From a virus, in IMG/VR virus record IMGVR_UViG_3300045988_083838, positions 1 to 55,308 of that record: a DNA stretch of 55,308 nucleotides, one strand, 5' to 3'. Position 1 is the first letter of the stretch. Each line of letters begins with the position of its first letter. A model generated the notes under the pieces. It saw nothing but the letters and a program-made list of their open reading frames with translations. It made no database searches and was not told the origin of the DNA. Below, in pieces: positions 1-9,795 of the stretch. The translations under genes and the position numbers were made by a program.

Positions 1-55
1 TGGAACAGACACAGAAAAGTTATCCAAGCTTGAAACAGAACTTGGCACACTTCAA
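1..55. repeat. 55-bp exact terminal overlap (1-55 = 55254-55308), marking circular closure of the contig
   Basis: The first 55 nt (tggaacagacacagaaaag...ggcacacttcaa) recur verbatim as the last 55 nt. The repeat lies inside one uninterrupted reading frame. Confidence 0.95.
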
Positions 56-409
56 GAAACTTATAAGACAGCCAAAGCTGATTATGAGAAAAAGTTGGCA
101 GATCAGGCTTATGAGTTCGCTATTAAAGAAAAGGTTGCAGGGCTCAGGTTTACCAGTAACTCAGCAAAGAAAGCTTTTCTTGCGGATATAACCGCTGACC
201 CACTTAAAATGAAAGATGGGGAGCTTATAGGCTTTGATGATTATGTAAACAAGTACAAGGAACAGGACGCAGGGGCATTTGTTAATGAAAAGACCGATCC
301 AGATAATAAACCTTCATTTTCTTCAAAAGTTGATAATAAACCAATGTCGGGTTCTGGAACTGAACCAAAGGCAGACACAGAAAAGAAGCCACACCCTATA
401 GTGTGGTAA
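2..409 (+). CDS. Scaffolding protein (GP20-like), C-terminal part; continues from 55018-55308 across the circular junction
   Basis: The frame is open from window position 2 and in phase with the ORF that runs off the 3' end. The protein is K/E/D-rich and coiled-coil-like, and sits directly upstream of the capsid gene. Confidence 0.8.
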   Translation, partial: GTDTEKLSKLETELGTLQETYKTAKADYEKKLADQAYEFAIKEKVAGLRFTSNSAKKAFLADITADPLKMKDGELIGFDDYVNKYKEQDAGAFVNEKTDPDNKPSFSSKVDNKPMSGSGTEPKADTEKKPHPIVW

Positions 410-426
410 ATTGAAAGGAGTAAAAA

Positions 427-1296
427 ATGTCAGAAACAACAAGAATTGAGTCATTGAATGTCTTATTAGATGGCAGTGAGTCTGGTAAGATGTTACTGAA
501 AGAAGCATATGATGGTGTGCTTGAAAACGTACAGAAACAGGCTGTATCTGTACAGTTAAAGAATACTGATCTTTCAGGAGATCCAACAGCCGGTACAGTT
601 GAAGCTAAACGATTTGTAAACTCAGCTTCACAGGATTATGGAACTGCAAGAACATCTGGAAAAGGTAATGCTGTAAAAGGTAAGACCGTTACTATTCCAA
701 TCGACACAGACAAGGAATTTGTAGAAGAGATCGAAGATAAGGATATCAAGCTCCTTGGTGTAGATGGTATCGTTGCAAAAAGATCATCTAATCACGCAAT
801 GAGAATGGCGGCTGAACTGGATGAGAAATTCTTTGCAGTTGGAAAAACATCCGGTACACAGTTTAAGCCAGCCAAGGCAGTAACATCAATTCAGAACATC
901 GTAGAAGATGCTATCCTTTTATTGGAAAACCTTAAAAACGATTATATCGATGGTCTTCCTAGGGATATGCTTAGAATCGTATTTGATGCTGAGACATACT
1001 CACAGATGAGAATGTATCTTGATACTGTAGTCAATACAAATGTTGATACCACTACAGAATCTTTTGTAATGTATCATGGCGTAAGATGCTATAGCTCAAA
1101 TAGACTTCCGGCAGGAGTTAAGTTTGTGATTATGATGAATGAGTCCATCGCTCAGCCAGTTATGTCCCAGTCTTATTCAGCAGAAAAAATTCCTCTTTCA
1201 AACGCAGTTGCCATTGAGCTGTATTTTAACTATGGAACAAAGGCAGTTACACCAGATACTATCTACTGGTATGATGGAACTCATGCTGAATCATAA
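427..1296 (+). CDS. Major capsid protein (candidate)
   Basis: 289-aa ORF with RBS gaaaggag 8 nt upstream. It immediately follows the scaffold gene, and size and position are typical. There is no motif-level proof. Confidence 0.75.
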   Translation: MSETTRIESLNVLLDGSESGKMLLKEAYDGVLENVQKQAVSVQLKNTDLSGDPTAGTVEAKRFVNSASQDYGTARTSGKGNAVKGKTVTIPIDTDKEFVEEIEDKDIKLLGVDGIVAKRSSNHAMRMAAELDEKFFAVGKTSGTQFKPAKAVTSIQNIVEDAILLLENLKNDYIDGLPRDMLRIVFDAETYSQMRMYLDTVVNTNVDTTTESFVMYHGVRCYSSNRLPAGVKFVIMMNESIAQPVMSQSYSAEKIPLSNAVAIELYFNYGTKAVTPDTIYWYDGTHAES

Positions 1297-1307
1297 GAGG
1301 TGATCGA

Positions 1308-1460
1308 ATGATTATAAAGATGCCAAATGGTAGCGAATTAGTAACAGAAAACCCGGATGTTATCAACTCCCTACTGAAAAGTGGTGGAGTTGAAGCAAAA
1401 CCGAAAAAGACAAATAAAAAGTCAGCTACAGATGTAGCCTCCGCACCTAAGGCTGAGTAG
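1308..1460 (+). CDS. Small hypothetical protein (50 aa, not in ORF track)
   Basis: ATG preceded by aagaggtga. It fills the gap between the capsid and connector genes. Translation: MIIKMPNGSELVTENPDVINSLLKSGGVEAKPKKTNKK... Confidence 0.5.
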   Translation: MIIKMPNGSELVTENPDVINSLLKSGGVEAKPKKTNKKSATDVASAPKAE

Positions 1461-1469
1461 AGAAAGGGG

Positions 1470-1892
1470 ATGTATCTTTTGAGTTATTTAACTTTTGAAC
1501 AGTATCAACAGTTAGGTGGGAAGTGTTCAGAGGATGCATTCCCTTCTTTACAATTTGACACTGAATCTAAAATGGACTATGTAACAGATGGTAGACTTTC
1601 AGAGTTTATAAAAGCGTTGAAAGAAGTTCCAGAAGTGATTCAGAGGTTGGAGGTCAAACTGATTGATATAACAATGAATGCCAATACATCAAAAGAAGGT
1701 ACTGGAAACATAACCTCGTATAGTAATGGTATAGAATCGTTTGGATTTGCAACGGATAAAGATTCTGAGCAGTATATATTGACTAAATTCAAGAATATAA
1801 TGCTTGAATATCTTTATCCTAAATATCCGAATCTTTTTTACAGAGGAAGGTGGGTGTATAAACGTGGATGGAACGATAACACTACTGAATAA
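1470..1892 (+). CDS. Head-tail connector/adaptor protein (candidate)
   Basis: 140-aa ORF with RBS agaaagggg, located in the head-completion gene block. Confidence 0.55.
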   Translation: MYLLSYLTFEQYQQLGGKCSEDAFPSLQFDTESKMDYVTDGRLSEFIKALKEVPEVIQRLEVKLIDITMNANTSKEGTGNITSYSNGIESFGFATDKDSEQYILTKFKNIMLEYLYPKYPNLFYRGRWVYKRGWNDNTTE

Positions 1893-2271
1893 GTTAAAAA
1901 GAAAAGATTCTACTACTAACCTTGATGTATGGTATAAGACCATTATCAAAAATTGCGTATATGCTCAAGATAGAATATCAAATGTAAATGGAAGCGTTGT
2001 TTCAATGGGGCAGACATTTACTATTTTAATTCCATTCACAGGTAAATATTTACCCTACAGAGAATGGAAAAAGCTGGAAGATAAAACAGGTTACTACACA
2101 TTATCTGAACAAGATGTTATAATCCTTGATGAAGTGACAGAGGATGTAACCGCTCAAAATATAACTCAAATCAAAAATGACTATGAACCTAATACTTGTG
2201 ATATCAGAAGTATTGAACAAGTACAAAGGAGATTAGCAGTAAATTTTGAATTTAGAGTTAGTGGGGTATAA
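1864..2271 (+). CDS. Head closure / head-tail joining protein (candidate)
   Basis: The ORF-track start at 1804 overlaps the upstream gene by 89 nt. An in-frame GTG at 1864 follows gaggaaggtgg, so I prefer that start. Confidence 0.5.
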   Translation: MDGTITLLNKLKRKDSTTNLDVWYKTIIKNCVYAQDRISNVNGSVVSMGQTFTILIPFTGKYLPYREWKKLEDKTGYYTLSEQDVIILDEVTEDVTAQNITQIKNDYEPNTCDIRSIEQVQRRLAVNFEFRVSGV

Positions 2272-2275
2272 ATGT

Positions 2276-2626
2276 ATGTCTGTTAAAGTTGTCGTTGAAA
2301 TACCTTTAAAAATCGTTGATAGTATTACAAATAATGATCAACTAGGGCTGTTCTTAGCGGCTACATGGAAAAGGTATATGGATAAGTACGTTCCAGTTGA
2401 TCAAGGAATGCTTTATCAAACAGCAGACGCCACAAAACCTTTTGAAGTGTCCTATATACAGAATTACTCACATTACCAATGGGAGGGGTTGAGTAAATCC
2501 GGTAAGAAGTTAAGGTACTCAAAAGAACAGCACCCTTTAGCTCAAAGTCATTGGGAAAAAGCGGCGTATAAGGATAATGTGGATAATGTAGCAAAAGAAG
2601 TAACAGAATATTTAAGGAGGATGTAA
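2276..2626 (+). CDS. HK97 gp10-like head-tail connector protein (candidate)
   Basis: In-frame ATG at 2276. The PVDQGML motif resembles the P-x-D-T-G-x-L motif of the gp10 family. Position is consistent. Confidence 0.5.
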   Translation: MSVKVVVEIPLKIVDSITNNDQLGLFLAATWKRYMDKYVPVDQGMLYQTADATKPFEVSYIQNYSHYQWEGLSKSGKKLRYSKEQHPLAQSHWEKAAYKDNVDNVAKEVTEYLRRM

Positions 2627-2627
2627 C

Positions 2628-3062
2628 ATGAATATATATGAAAAAATATCCATTTGGCTGAATGAATGCCCGGAAATGGGAGGATATGTATATTTTAATG
2701 TAATTCCTTTAGATTCTGATACTTCTTCTGTAACTTCCAGTGGGGCTAGCTTAACTTTGAATACATTTTTAAATGGTTCAAAAGAAGTTAGATTGATATT
2801 TAATATTGAGCTTGTAAAACAATATGATGATGGTGGTACAAGTGATATAAATTTAGATGCTATAAAAGCATTTGATGAAATTATATCATTTGTAGAAAGA
2901 AAAAATAATTTAAAAGAATACCCAGAACTTGGTGATGGGTATATTGTGAATGAAATAGGGGCAACCTATAAAGCTCCTGAAATATATGTAACCAATGATA
3001 ACCCAAATATCGCAAGATATGAAGGGCAATTTTATATAGAATATTTAGAAGAAAGGAAATAA
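2628..3062 (+). CDS. Tail completion/terminator protein (candidate)
   Basis: 144-aa ORF with RBS aaggagg, lying directly upstream of the major tail gene. Confidence 0.5.
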   Translation: MNIYEKISIWLNECPEMGGYVYFNVIPLDSDTSSVTSSGASLTLNTFLNGSKEVRLIFNIELVKQYDDGGTSDINLDAIKAFDEIISFVERKNNLKEYPELGDGYIVNEIGATYKAPEIYVTNDNPNIARYEGQFYIEYLEERK

Positions 3063-3067
3063 AGATC

Positions 3068-3556
3068 ATGGCAGACGCAATGAAAAAGCTCACAAGAGAT
3101 CAGTTCATTCCATTTTTAGACACCGCCAAAGATTCAACTTTTGCTGCAAACACATGGAAGAGAATTGATTACTCAACCATATTTGAATTAACCGTCGGTG
3201 AACAAGAAGAAGATATGGACTATATCTGTTATGCAAATGCTGTAACAGAGATCAATTCTAACAAGCCAGAACTTCCACAGGAGATTGCTTGTTACGAAGG
3301 AAATCCTATTTATGACTTCATGTTTAGTCAGTTGTATAACCTTCCTGTAGGGTCTGATGTAAAGGTTCCATTCCTTATGTGCTTTGGCGGAAAAGACAAA
3401 AAGGCTTGGAGATGTATGGCAACACTCACATCTAAGGTGCTCAACACAGTTGATGGAAAGATTACATTTTCTATTAAAATGGGTGGGGACATTGAGAAGG
3501 GAACATATACGATCACAGAAGGAGCACCTACGTTTACAGTAACTCCCAGTGAATAG
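3068..3556 (+). CDS. Major tail protein (siphovirus type, candidate)
   Basis: 162-aa ORF just before the chaperone/tape-measure block. No sheath gene is present. Confidence 0.65.
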   Translation: MADAMKKLTRDQFIPFLDTAKDSTFAANTWKRIDYSTIFELTVGEQEEDMDYICYANAVTEINSNKPELPQEIACYEGNPIYDFMFSQLYNLPVGSDVKVPFLMCFGGKDKKAWRCMATLTSKVLNTVDGKITFSIKMGGDIEKGTYTITEGAPTFTVTPSE

Positions 3557-3581
3557 GAGTAATTTACCAAGAAAAAAGACC

Positions 3582-3625
3582 AGTAAATCATCAAAATATG
3601 TAAATTATACATCCGATGATTTACT
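3582..3625 (+). other. 11-bp stem hairpin after the major tail gene (agtaaatcatc / gatgatttact, 22-nt loop)
   Basis: Perfect inverted repeat read in the sequence, with no U-tract following. It could be an mRNA-stabilising or attenuating structure. Confidence 0.4.
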
Positions 3626-3673
3626 ATATGTTAATGACTACGAATAGTATATTATTTTAAGGAGGCAAATAAT

Positions 3674-4069
3674 ATGATGAATTATAGTATTGAATTTGAT
3701 GGAGCTAACTACGATTTAGTACCTTACTCTTTTGGTATATCTGATAAGTTGGAAAAAGTGGATACATTTAATGAAGGAAACGCTACAGTGCGTGAAAAGT
3801 GTAAAAAAATGTATGAACTTGAGTCAGAGATTATTGGAAAAGATACATTTGAAGCTGACTTTGGAAAATTTGAGGATGTAGACCCAAATGTATTAAACAT
3901 CTTGTGGCTCAAGATAATTGACGCATACGAAAAACCGCTTACTGATTTTCAGACAGAAAGAAGATCTCAAACATTAGACGATGTAGAAGCGGATAAGGTC
4001 TTGAAAGTGTTAGAAACATTAGGAAATGTTGATTACTCCATTTTCACTGGAAAAGGAAATAAACGATAA
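3674..4069 (+). CDS. Tail assembly chaperone (gpG-like, candidate)
   Basis: 131-aa acidic ORF between the major tail protein and the tape measure, with RBS aaggagg. Confidence 0.6.
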   Translation: MMNYSIEFDGANYDLVPYSFGISDKLEKVDTFNEGNATVREKCKKMYELESEIIGKDTFEADFGKFEDVDPNVLNILWLKIIDAYEKPLTDFQTERRSQTLDDVEADKVLKVLETLGNVDYSIFTGKGNKR

Positions 4070-4615
4070 ATGATAGACCTTCGTTGTAAGGACTTGCCAC
4101 AAGCCATTGAGGTGAATGGCAAGTCTTTTTTAATAAACACAGACTTTAGATATTGGATAAAATTTGGGGAACTTGTAAAGCAGGATGAAACACTTGATAA
4201 GTTTTTATACTTGTTTAAAAATAAAACTCCCCAAGATCCTGAATTTTTTAATGCACTAATGGAGTTTTACAACAACCCAAATGTAACACCAAGATATTCT
4301 GGTTCACAGAATGTTGAATTGATAGACTATGTATTAGATGGTGAATATATATTTGGTTCATTTATGCAAGCATATCATATTGATCTTATAGATATAGAAT
4401 ATATGCACTGGCACAAATTTAAGGCATTACTATTGTGTTTGCCATCTTCATCTAAAATGATGGAAATAATGTCATTAAGAGGATGGGAAAAAGATAATAC
4501 AAGCTACGAACGACAATGCCAAAAGAACAGAGATGCTTGGGCTTTACCTCGTCGAATAACAGAAAAAGAAGATGAAACAATGAAAGAAATAAATGATCTT
4601 TTCTATAATTGCTAG
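4070..4615 (+). CDS. Gp15-like protein upstream of the tape measure (second chaperone candidate)
   Basis: The N-terminus (LPQAIEVNGKSFLINTDFRYWIKF) resembles the phage Gp15 family. It is in the same frame as 3674-4069, separated only by TAA. Confidence 0.55.
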   Translation: MIDLRCKDLPQAIEVNGKSFLINTDFRYWIKFGELVKQDETLDKFLYLFKNKTPQDPEFFNALMEFYNNPNVTPRYSGSQNVELIDYVLDGEYIFGSFMQAYHIDLIDIEYMHWHKFKALLLCLPSSSKMMEIMSLRGWEKDNTSYERQCQKNRDAWALPRRITEKEDETMKEINDLFYNC

Positions 4616-4626
4616 GAGGTGACTAT

Positions 4627-7600
4627 ATGCCAGAAGGAAAGATTACAATAAAGACAGACTTAGACGCTTCTGGAGCAAAAAAGAACCTAAACGAATTAAA
4701 TAAAGAAGTAAATAAGGTAGATAAAAGTGTAACTAAGCTCGGTAATGATTCCGAAAAATCTGGAAACAAGATTGAAAAATTCGGTAACATTGCATCCACA
4801 ACCTTAAAAGGCAGTGTGGCAGTTATTAAGGGAGTTGGGGCTGGGATTGGTGTAGCTTCAACTGCTGTTGGTGTGCTTGTTAAAAAATCAGTTGATGCAT
4901 ATTCGAGTTATGAGCAGTTAGTTGGTGGTGTTAATACTCTTTTTGGTGCAGGGGATAAGTCACTCGAAGAATATGCTAAATCAGTTGGAAAAACAACGGA
5001 CGAAGTCAAAGACAAATATAATTCTTTAATGTCTGCACAAAGTACAGTGATGGAAAATGCGGCAAAAGCATATAATACAGCTGGATTATCTGCTAATGCC
5101 TACATGGAGCAGATCACAGGTTTTAGTGCTTCACTTGTACAGTCATTAGGAGGGGATACCGAGAAAGCCGCAGAAGTTGGTAATCGTGCCATTATAGATA
5201 TGTCTGATAATGCTAACAAGATGGGTACGAGCATGGAAATGATCCAGAACGCATATCAGGGTTTTGCCAAGCAAAATTATACGATGCTTGATAACCTAAA
5301 GCTTGGCTATGGTGGTACAAAAAAAGAGATGAAGCGTCTTATTTCTGATGCTTCTGAAATGACAGATATCCAGGAAAAGTTGAATGTATCTGTGGAAGAT
5401 GGGTCATTAGATTTTGGAAATATAATCAATGCCATATCTGTAATGCAGGCAAGCCTTGGAATTGCCGGCACAACACATGAGGAAGCGGCACGCACAATAG
5501 AAGGTTCTACAAATGCTATGAAAGCATCTTGGGATAACCTTTTGGTTGGAATAGCTGACGACCAAGCAGATTTTGATGAATTGGTAAATCAATTTGTAAT
5601 GTCCGTTGACACATGGTCAAAGAATATAATGCCAAGAATTGAGATAGCTTTACAAGGTGCATCGAATCTCATAGCTAGTTTACTCCCAATGATTGCTGGA
5701 AAAATACCTGAATTGCTTAACGAAGTTGCCCCTCAGCTTATACAAGCTGGTACAGATATAATAACTGAGTTAATCTCTGGATTTATACAGGGCTTACCTG
5801 ATATTATACAAACTATAAAAGATTTAATACCACAAATCTTAGAAGCCTTTTATGATATACTGCCCAAGATGAATGAATTATTCCAAACGATTCTACCACA
5901 AATACTAGACTTATTAGTTTCCTGGATACCTCAAATAACTGAGTTTGAGGCAGAATTAATTCAAGCAATCGTGCAAGGATTAATTGACGCTTTTCCGGAA
6001 GTGATAAATTCTATAGTTACGTTGATTAATCAATTAACCGAATATATAAATTCTGATGGACTGACACAATTAATTGATTTGTTATTACAAATAATAAATC
6101 AAATTATCACCGTACTAACAGAACAAACTCCAGTTTTGTTAGATGCCGCTACAAATTTATTAATGGCTATAGTCGAAGCATTGCCAGAAGTAATTCAAAA
6201 GCTATTGCTGGCACTGCCAAAATTAGTCACATCCATTACTAAATTTTTCAGTTCTAACTCGATAAAAATCTATAAGACTTTCCTAAAAGTTATGCTTGAA
6301 CTTGTAAAGGCGATACCGGAGGTTATTGCGGCACTGATCATATCATTACCGGATATAATCAAAGCGATAATAGAAGGACTTATTTCTATTCCGGAAACTT
6401 TATGGACAGAAATTTTGAAGCCCGGTATTGAAAAGTTTATAGATTTTGCAGTGGAAGCCAAAGATAAAGCTAAAGATGCGGCAAAGGGATTTTTTACCAA
6501 TCTTATTGATGGAATAAAATCACTGCCTGGAAAGATTAAAGACAAAGCATTAGAAATTGTTAATAAACTTGCGGACTTTAAAAGAGATTTTCCGGAAAAA
6601 GCAAAAGAAGCCGCTACAGAGTTTTTTAATAATTTGTGGAATGGGCTTAAAGAATTGCCATCCAAGATATGGGATATTGGAAAAAATATCGTTGAAGGTA
6701 TTTGGAATGGTATCAATGATAAATTTGATTGGTTGACAGGAAAAATCAAAGAATTTACAAATGGCGTAAAAGATAAATTAAAGAACTTCTTTGGTATTCA
6801 TTCACCATCTACTGTGATGAGAGATGAAGTGGGTAAATACATTTCATTAGGAATCGCTGAAGGTATAAGCAAGAATGCAAAATCAGTTACGGATCAAGTA
6901 ACAAAGCTTGGTGAATCCGTTCTCACCACACTTAAAAAGGTAATGCCCGAAGATAAATTTAAAGCACAAGGCTCAAATCTAGTCAAAGAATTAACTTCAG
7001 GAATAAACTCAAAGATAACAAAGTTTAAAGAATCTATGAATACACTTACTGATTCTTATACTTCTGCATTAGATGAACTTAAATCAAGCCGTGAGGAGAT
7101 GGCTAGCTCTTTACTAGACTGGGGGGATTTATACAAAAAAGATGAAAAAGAAAATATAATAATAAGTGCAAAAGATTTGCAGAAACAAACAAAGGATATC
7201 AATAAATATGAAAAAAATCTTGTTAAATTAAAATCAAGTATAAGTGAGGACTTGATTAATGAGATAACAAGTATGGGAGTTGATGAAGGATATGCATTTA
7301 CACAAGCACTTCTCAAGTTGGATAACAAGCAACTGGAAGAATATGATAAGTCATTTCTTAAAAAGAAAAAAGCAAGTGAAAGAGTTGCAAATGCTTGGTA
7401 CAAAAAAGATATTGACGATCTAAAATCCAACTATACAACAAAAGTATCTGGATTAATGTCTAACCTTGTTTCTGACATTACAAAATCCGGACAAGATGCT
7501 ATAAATGGTTTTATGAAATCATTCAAAGGTACAGCAGTTGAGGATGCAATAAAAAAATTCTGTAATAATGTAACATCAACATTAAAAAAGAATTTTAAAA

Positions 7601-7944
7601 TTGATGAAAGTATCAACATAGCTTCAAACCTTAAAAAGGCACAAGAAAAAGCCGAAAAAACACAACAAAAGAAAAATACAAAGAAAGAACTATCACAAGT
7701 AAAGGTATCACAAATAAATACATCTAATTCAGATCAGATGCACAGCGTTATACAAGATACTACAGGTTCACTTGCAAGAAGTTTAGCCGCTAGTTATTCA
7801 TCAAGTATTGACTACGATCAAATTGGAGATGCTACCGCAAGTGGAATTAAAAAAGCTGGAATATCCGTAAACATCGACAGCAGGAAGGCGGGAAGATTAC
7901 TTGGAACCGTAAATTCTTCCTCAATTATAGGAGGTTTTGCATAA
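4627..7944 (+). CDS. Tail tape measure protein
   Basis: About 1105 aa and the longest ORF. It is helical and repeat-rich with a glycine-rich hydrophobic N-terminal segment. The ATG at 4627 follows aggaggtga. Confidence 0.9.
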   Translation: MPEGKITIKTDLDASGAKKNLNELNKEVNKVDKSVTKLGNDSEKSGNKIEKFGNIASTTLKGSVAVIKGVGAGIGVASTAVGVLVKKSVDAYSSYEQLVGGVNTLFGAGDKSLEEYAKSVGKTTDEVKDKYNSLMSAQSTVMENAAKAYNTAGLSANAYMEQITGFSASLVQSLGGDTEKAAEVGNRAIIDMSDNANKMGTSMEMIQNAYQGFAKQNYTMLDNLKLGYGGTKKEMKRLISDASEMTDIQEKLNVSVEDGSLDFGNIINAISVMQASLGIAGTTHEEAARTIEGSTNAMKASWDNLLVGIADDQADFDELVNQFVMSVDTWSKNIMPRIEIALQGASNLIASLLPMIAGKIPELLNEVAPQLIQAGTDIITELISGFIQGLPDIIQTIKDLIPQILEAFYDILPKMNELFQTILPQILDLLVSWIPQITEFEAELIQAIVQGLIDAFPEVINSIVTLINQLTEYINSDGLTQLIDLLLQIINQIITVLTEQTPVLLDAATNLLMAIVEALPEVIQKLLLALPKLVTSITKFFSSNSIKIYKTFLKVMLELVKAIPEVIAALIISLPDIIKAIIEGLISIPETLWTEILKPGIEKFIDFAVEAKDKAKDAAKGFFTNLIDGIKSLPGKIKDKALEIVNKLADFKRDFPEKAKEAATEFFNNLWNGLKELPSKIWDIGKNIVEGIWNGINDKFDWLTGKIKEFTNGVKDKLKNFFGIHSPSTVMRDEVGKYISLGIAEGISKNAKSVTDQVTKLGESVLTTLKKVMPEDKFKAQGSNLVKELTSGINSKITKFKESMNTLTDSYTSALDELKSSREEMASSLLDWGDLYKKDEKENIIISAKDLQKQTKDINKYEKNLVKLKSSISEDLINEITSMGVDEGYAFTQALLKLDNKQLEEYDKSFLKKKKASERVANAWYKKDIDDLKSNYTTKVSGLMSNLVSDITKSGQDAINGFMKSFKGTAVEDAIKKFCNNVTSTLKKNFKIDESINIASNLKKAQEKAEKTQQKKNTKKELSQVKVSQINTSNSDQMHSVIQDTTGSLARSLAASYSSSIDYDQIGDATASGIKKAGISVNIDSRKAGRLLGTVNSSSIIGGFA

Positions 7945-8780
7945 TGAAAAAAGATATGCTGTACTATGAAAATTCAAATGGGGAGCGTGTGTATTTCACT
8001 CGCCCTCCTTATAGGATGCTTTCTGGAACTGATTTATTTGATTATAAATGGTCATATGGACAAGCAAACGTAGGGATAAAGAACGTATATAAAGAGGCGG
8101 CGGAAAAAACCATAACAATAGTTGTTACAGGAAAAAATTATAACAACTATAGATATAATTGTGATAAATTATTCTCCATTTTTGAAAAAGACTCAATCAG
8201 TGGAAAATCTGGAAATATTGTATACAATGGTTATAGATTACCTTGCATATTTGTTGCAAAGAAAAATCCAGAAAAATTTATAACTAACTATCCATCAAAG
8301 ATAGAATTTATTCTTGTCCCGGCATCAAATGGTACATGGCTAAAAGATATAAAAAAGGATTTTCAATCAAATGGAGCATCTAAGAGTGAATTTTTGGATT
8401 ACCCACATGGATATCCATATGACTATTTATCCTATACCGGATATTCAGACATCCTCGAGATTGATACATTTTTAAAAGTATATCCTGTTATCACAATATC
8501 TGGAAAAGCGTCTAATCCTTTTGTTAGAATTGCAGATAAAACATACGGTGTAAATACAAATTTAGCCGAATCTGATACACTTATATTAGATTCGTACAAT
8601 AAAAAATTTTATATAACATCCCCTTCTGGGAATACTATAAACGTGTTTGATAAAAGGATAAGCAATGAAATGTTAGATGGAATGATATTAACTGCCGGCA
8701 CATATCAAGTGTATTGGGAGGGTGAATTTAATTTCTCAGTTGATTTAATTTGTGAGAGGAGTGAACCTTCATGGAGTTAA
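7944..8780 (+). CDS. Distal tail protein (Dit-like, candidate)
   Basis: 278-aa ORF overlapping the tape-measure stop (ATAATG), in the canonical position. Confidence 0.6.
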   Translation: MKKDMLYYENSNGERVYFTRPPYRMLSGTDLFDYKWSYGQANVGIKNVYKEAAEKTITIVVTGKNYNNYRYNCDKLFSIFEKDSISGKSGNIVYNGYRLPCIFVAKKNPEKFITNYPSKIEFILVPASNGTWLKDIKKDFQSNGASKSEFLDYPHGYPYDYLSYTGYSDILEIDTFLKVYPVITISGKASNPFVRIADKTYGVNTNLAESDTLILDSYNKKFYITSPSGNTINVFDKRISNEMLDGMILTAGTYQVYWEGEFNFSVDLICERSEPSWS

Positions 8781-9742
8781 TATACACAGACAAAAACATG
8801 AAAGATATAGGATCCATTAATAAGTTTAACATGGATTTTGACACAACAAACACAATGGATTATACATTAGCTGTAGATTCTGGGAATCAATCTATACTTG
8901 ATGATGGGTTTGTGTATATACCGGGTACGGAATACGGTGGTATCATCGACAAAAAAACTCCATCTACAATAACTGGGAATACCGTATATTATGGAAGAAA
9001 TTATCGTGGAATACTTAATTCCAAAATAGTTTATCCAGCAACAGGACAAGACTATAAATATCTGAATGGAGATATTTATGAAATTCTAACAAATTTAATA
9101 TCAGAATTTAATCTTTCGTCTTATTTTATTTTAAACAAAGAATCTATTAGCGGTTATAAGGTGTCAAATTATAAAGTAGATAGATATTGCTCCTTATACT
9201 CGCTTATGGTTTCATTAGCAAAAAAATTTAATAAAAATTTATGGTTAAATTACGATATATCCTATAAAAAAATATTGATAACATTCAGATCGTCTATTGA
9301 TTACTCAAAAAAAGAACTATATTGCGATGCAAAGTTGGATATGGAGGTTACTAAATCTTCAAGATTAACTACTCATCTATTATGTTTGGGATCTGGGCAA
9401 TTAAAAGAGAGAATAGTAGCAGATATTTGGCTGAACGAGGATAAAAAGACATTTAACACAGATCATCAAGTGTTCTTCGGACTGGATGATTATACCCAAA
9501 TTTATGAGAATGTCAATAGTAATTCAAAAGAGGACTTACTATCAGCTGGAATTTCCAAATTTGAAGAATTAATAAATGTGGATACCATATCAGTAACACT
9601 AGACTCGGAAGATAACTTAAAGATCGGAGATATAATTGGCGGTTATGAACCAATTACAAAAACATCTGCAACCAGCACTATATCAAATATCATAGTAAAT
9701 ATTGAAGATGGAATATCATCAATCAGCTATGAAACAAATTAA
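8771..9742 (+). CDS. Siphovirus Gp37-like tail/baseplate protein (candidate)
   Basis: 323 aa, overlaps the upstream gene. The N-terminus (MELIYTDKNMKDIGSI) is typical of the Gp37-like family as I recall it. Confidence 0.5.
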   Translation: MELIYTDKNMKDIGSINKFNMDFDTTNTMDYTLAVDSGNQSILDDGFVYIPGTEYGGIIDKKTPSTITGNTVYYGRNYRGILNSKIVYPATGQDYKYLNGDIYEILTNLISEFNLSSYFILNKESISGYKVSNYKVDRYCSLYSLMVSLAKKFNKNLWLNYDISYKKILITFRSSIDYSKKELYCDAKLDMEVTKSSRLTTHLLCLGSGQLKERIVADIWLNEDKKTFNTDHQVFFGLDDYTQIYENVNSNSKEDLLSAGISKFEELINVDTISVTLDSEDNLKIGDIIGGYEPITKTSATSTISNIIVNIEDGISSISYETN

Positions 9743-9764
9743 TATTTATTATTTGATATTAGTG

Positions 9765-9773
9765 TGTTATAAT
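9765..9773 (+). promoter_or_regulatory. Extended -10 promoter candidate (TGtTATAAT)
   Basis: tgtTATAAT lies in the 53-nt gap before 9796. There is no good -35. Confidence 0.3.
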
Positions 9774-9795
9774 TAAAATAAAAAGGAGTTAAATT

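Noticed and set aside
1-55. The 55-bp terminal repeat interpreted as a biological direct terminal repeat or cos end.
   Set aside because: It falls in the middle of an open reading frame, and its short exact length fits an assembler k-mer overlap of a circular or permuted genome.
4000-4069. A canonical -1 frameshift site for a gpG/gpT chaperone fusion.
   Set aside because: There is no X-XXY-YYZ slippery heptamer in phase, and the downstream ORF is in frame 0, so a frameshift cannot join them.
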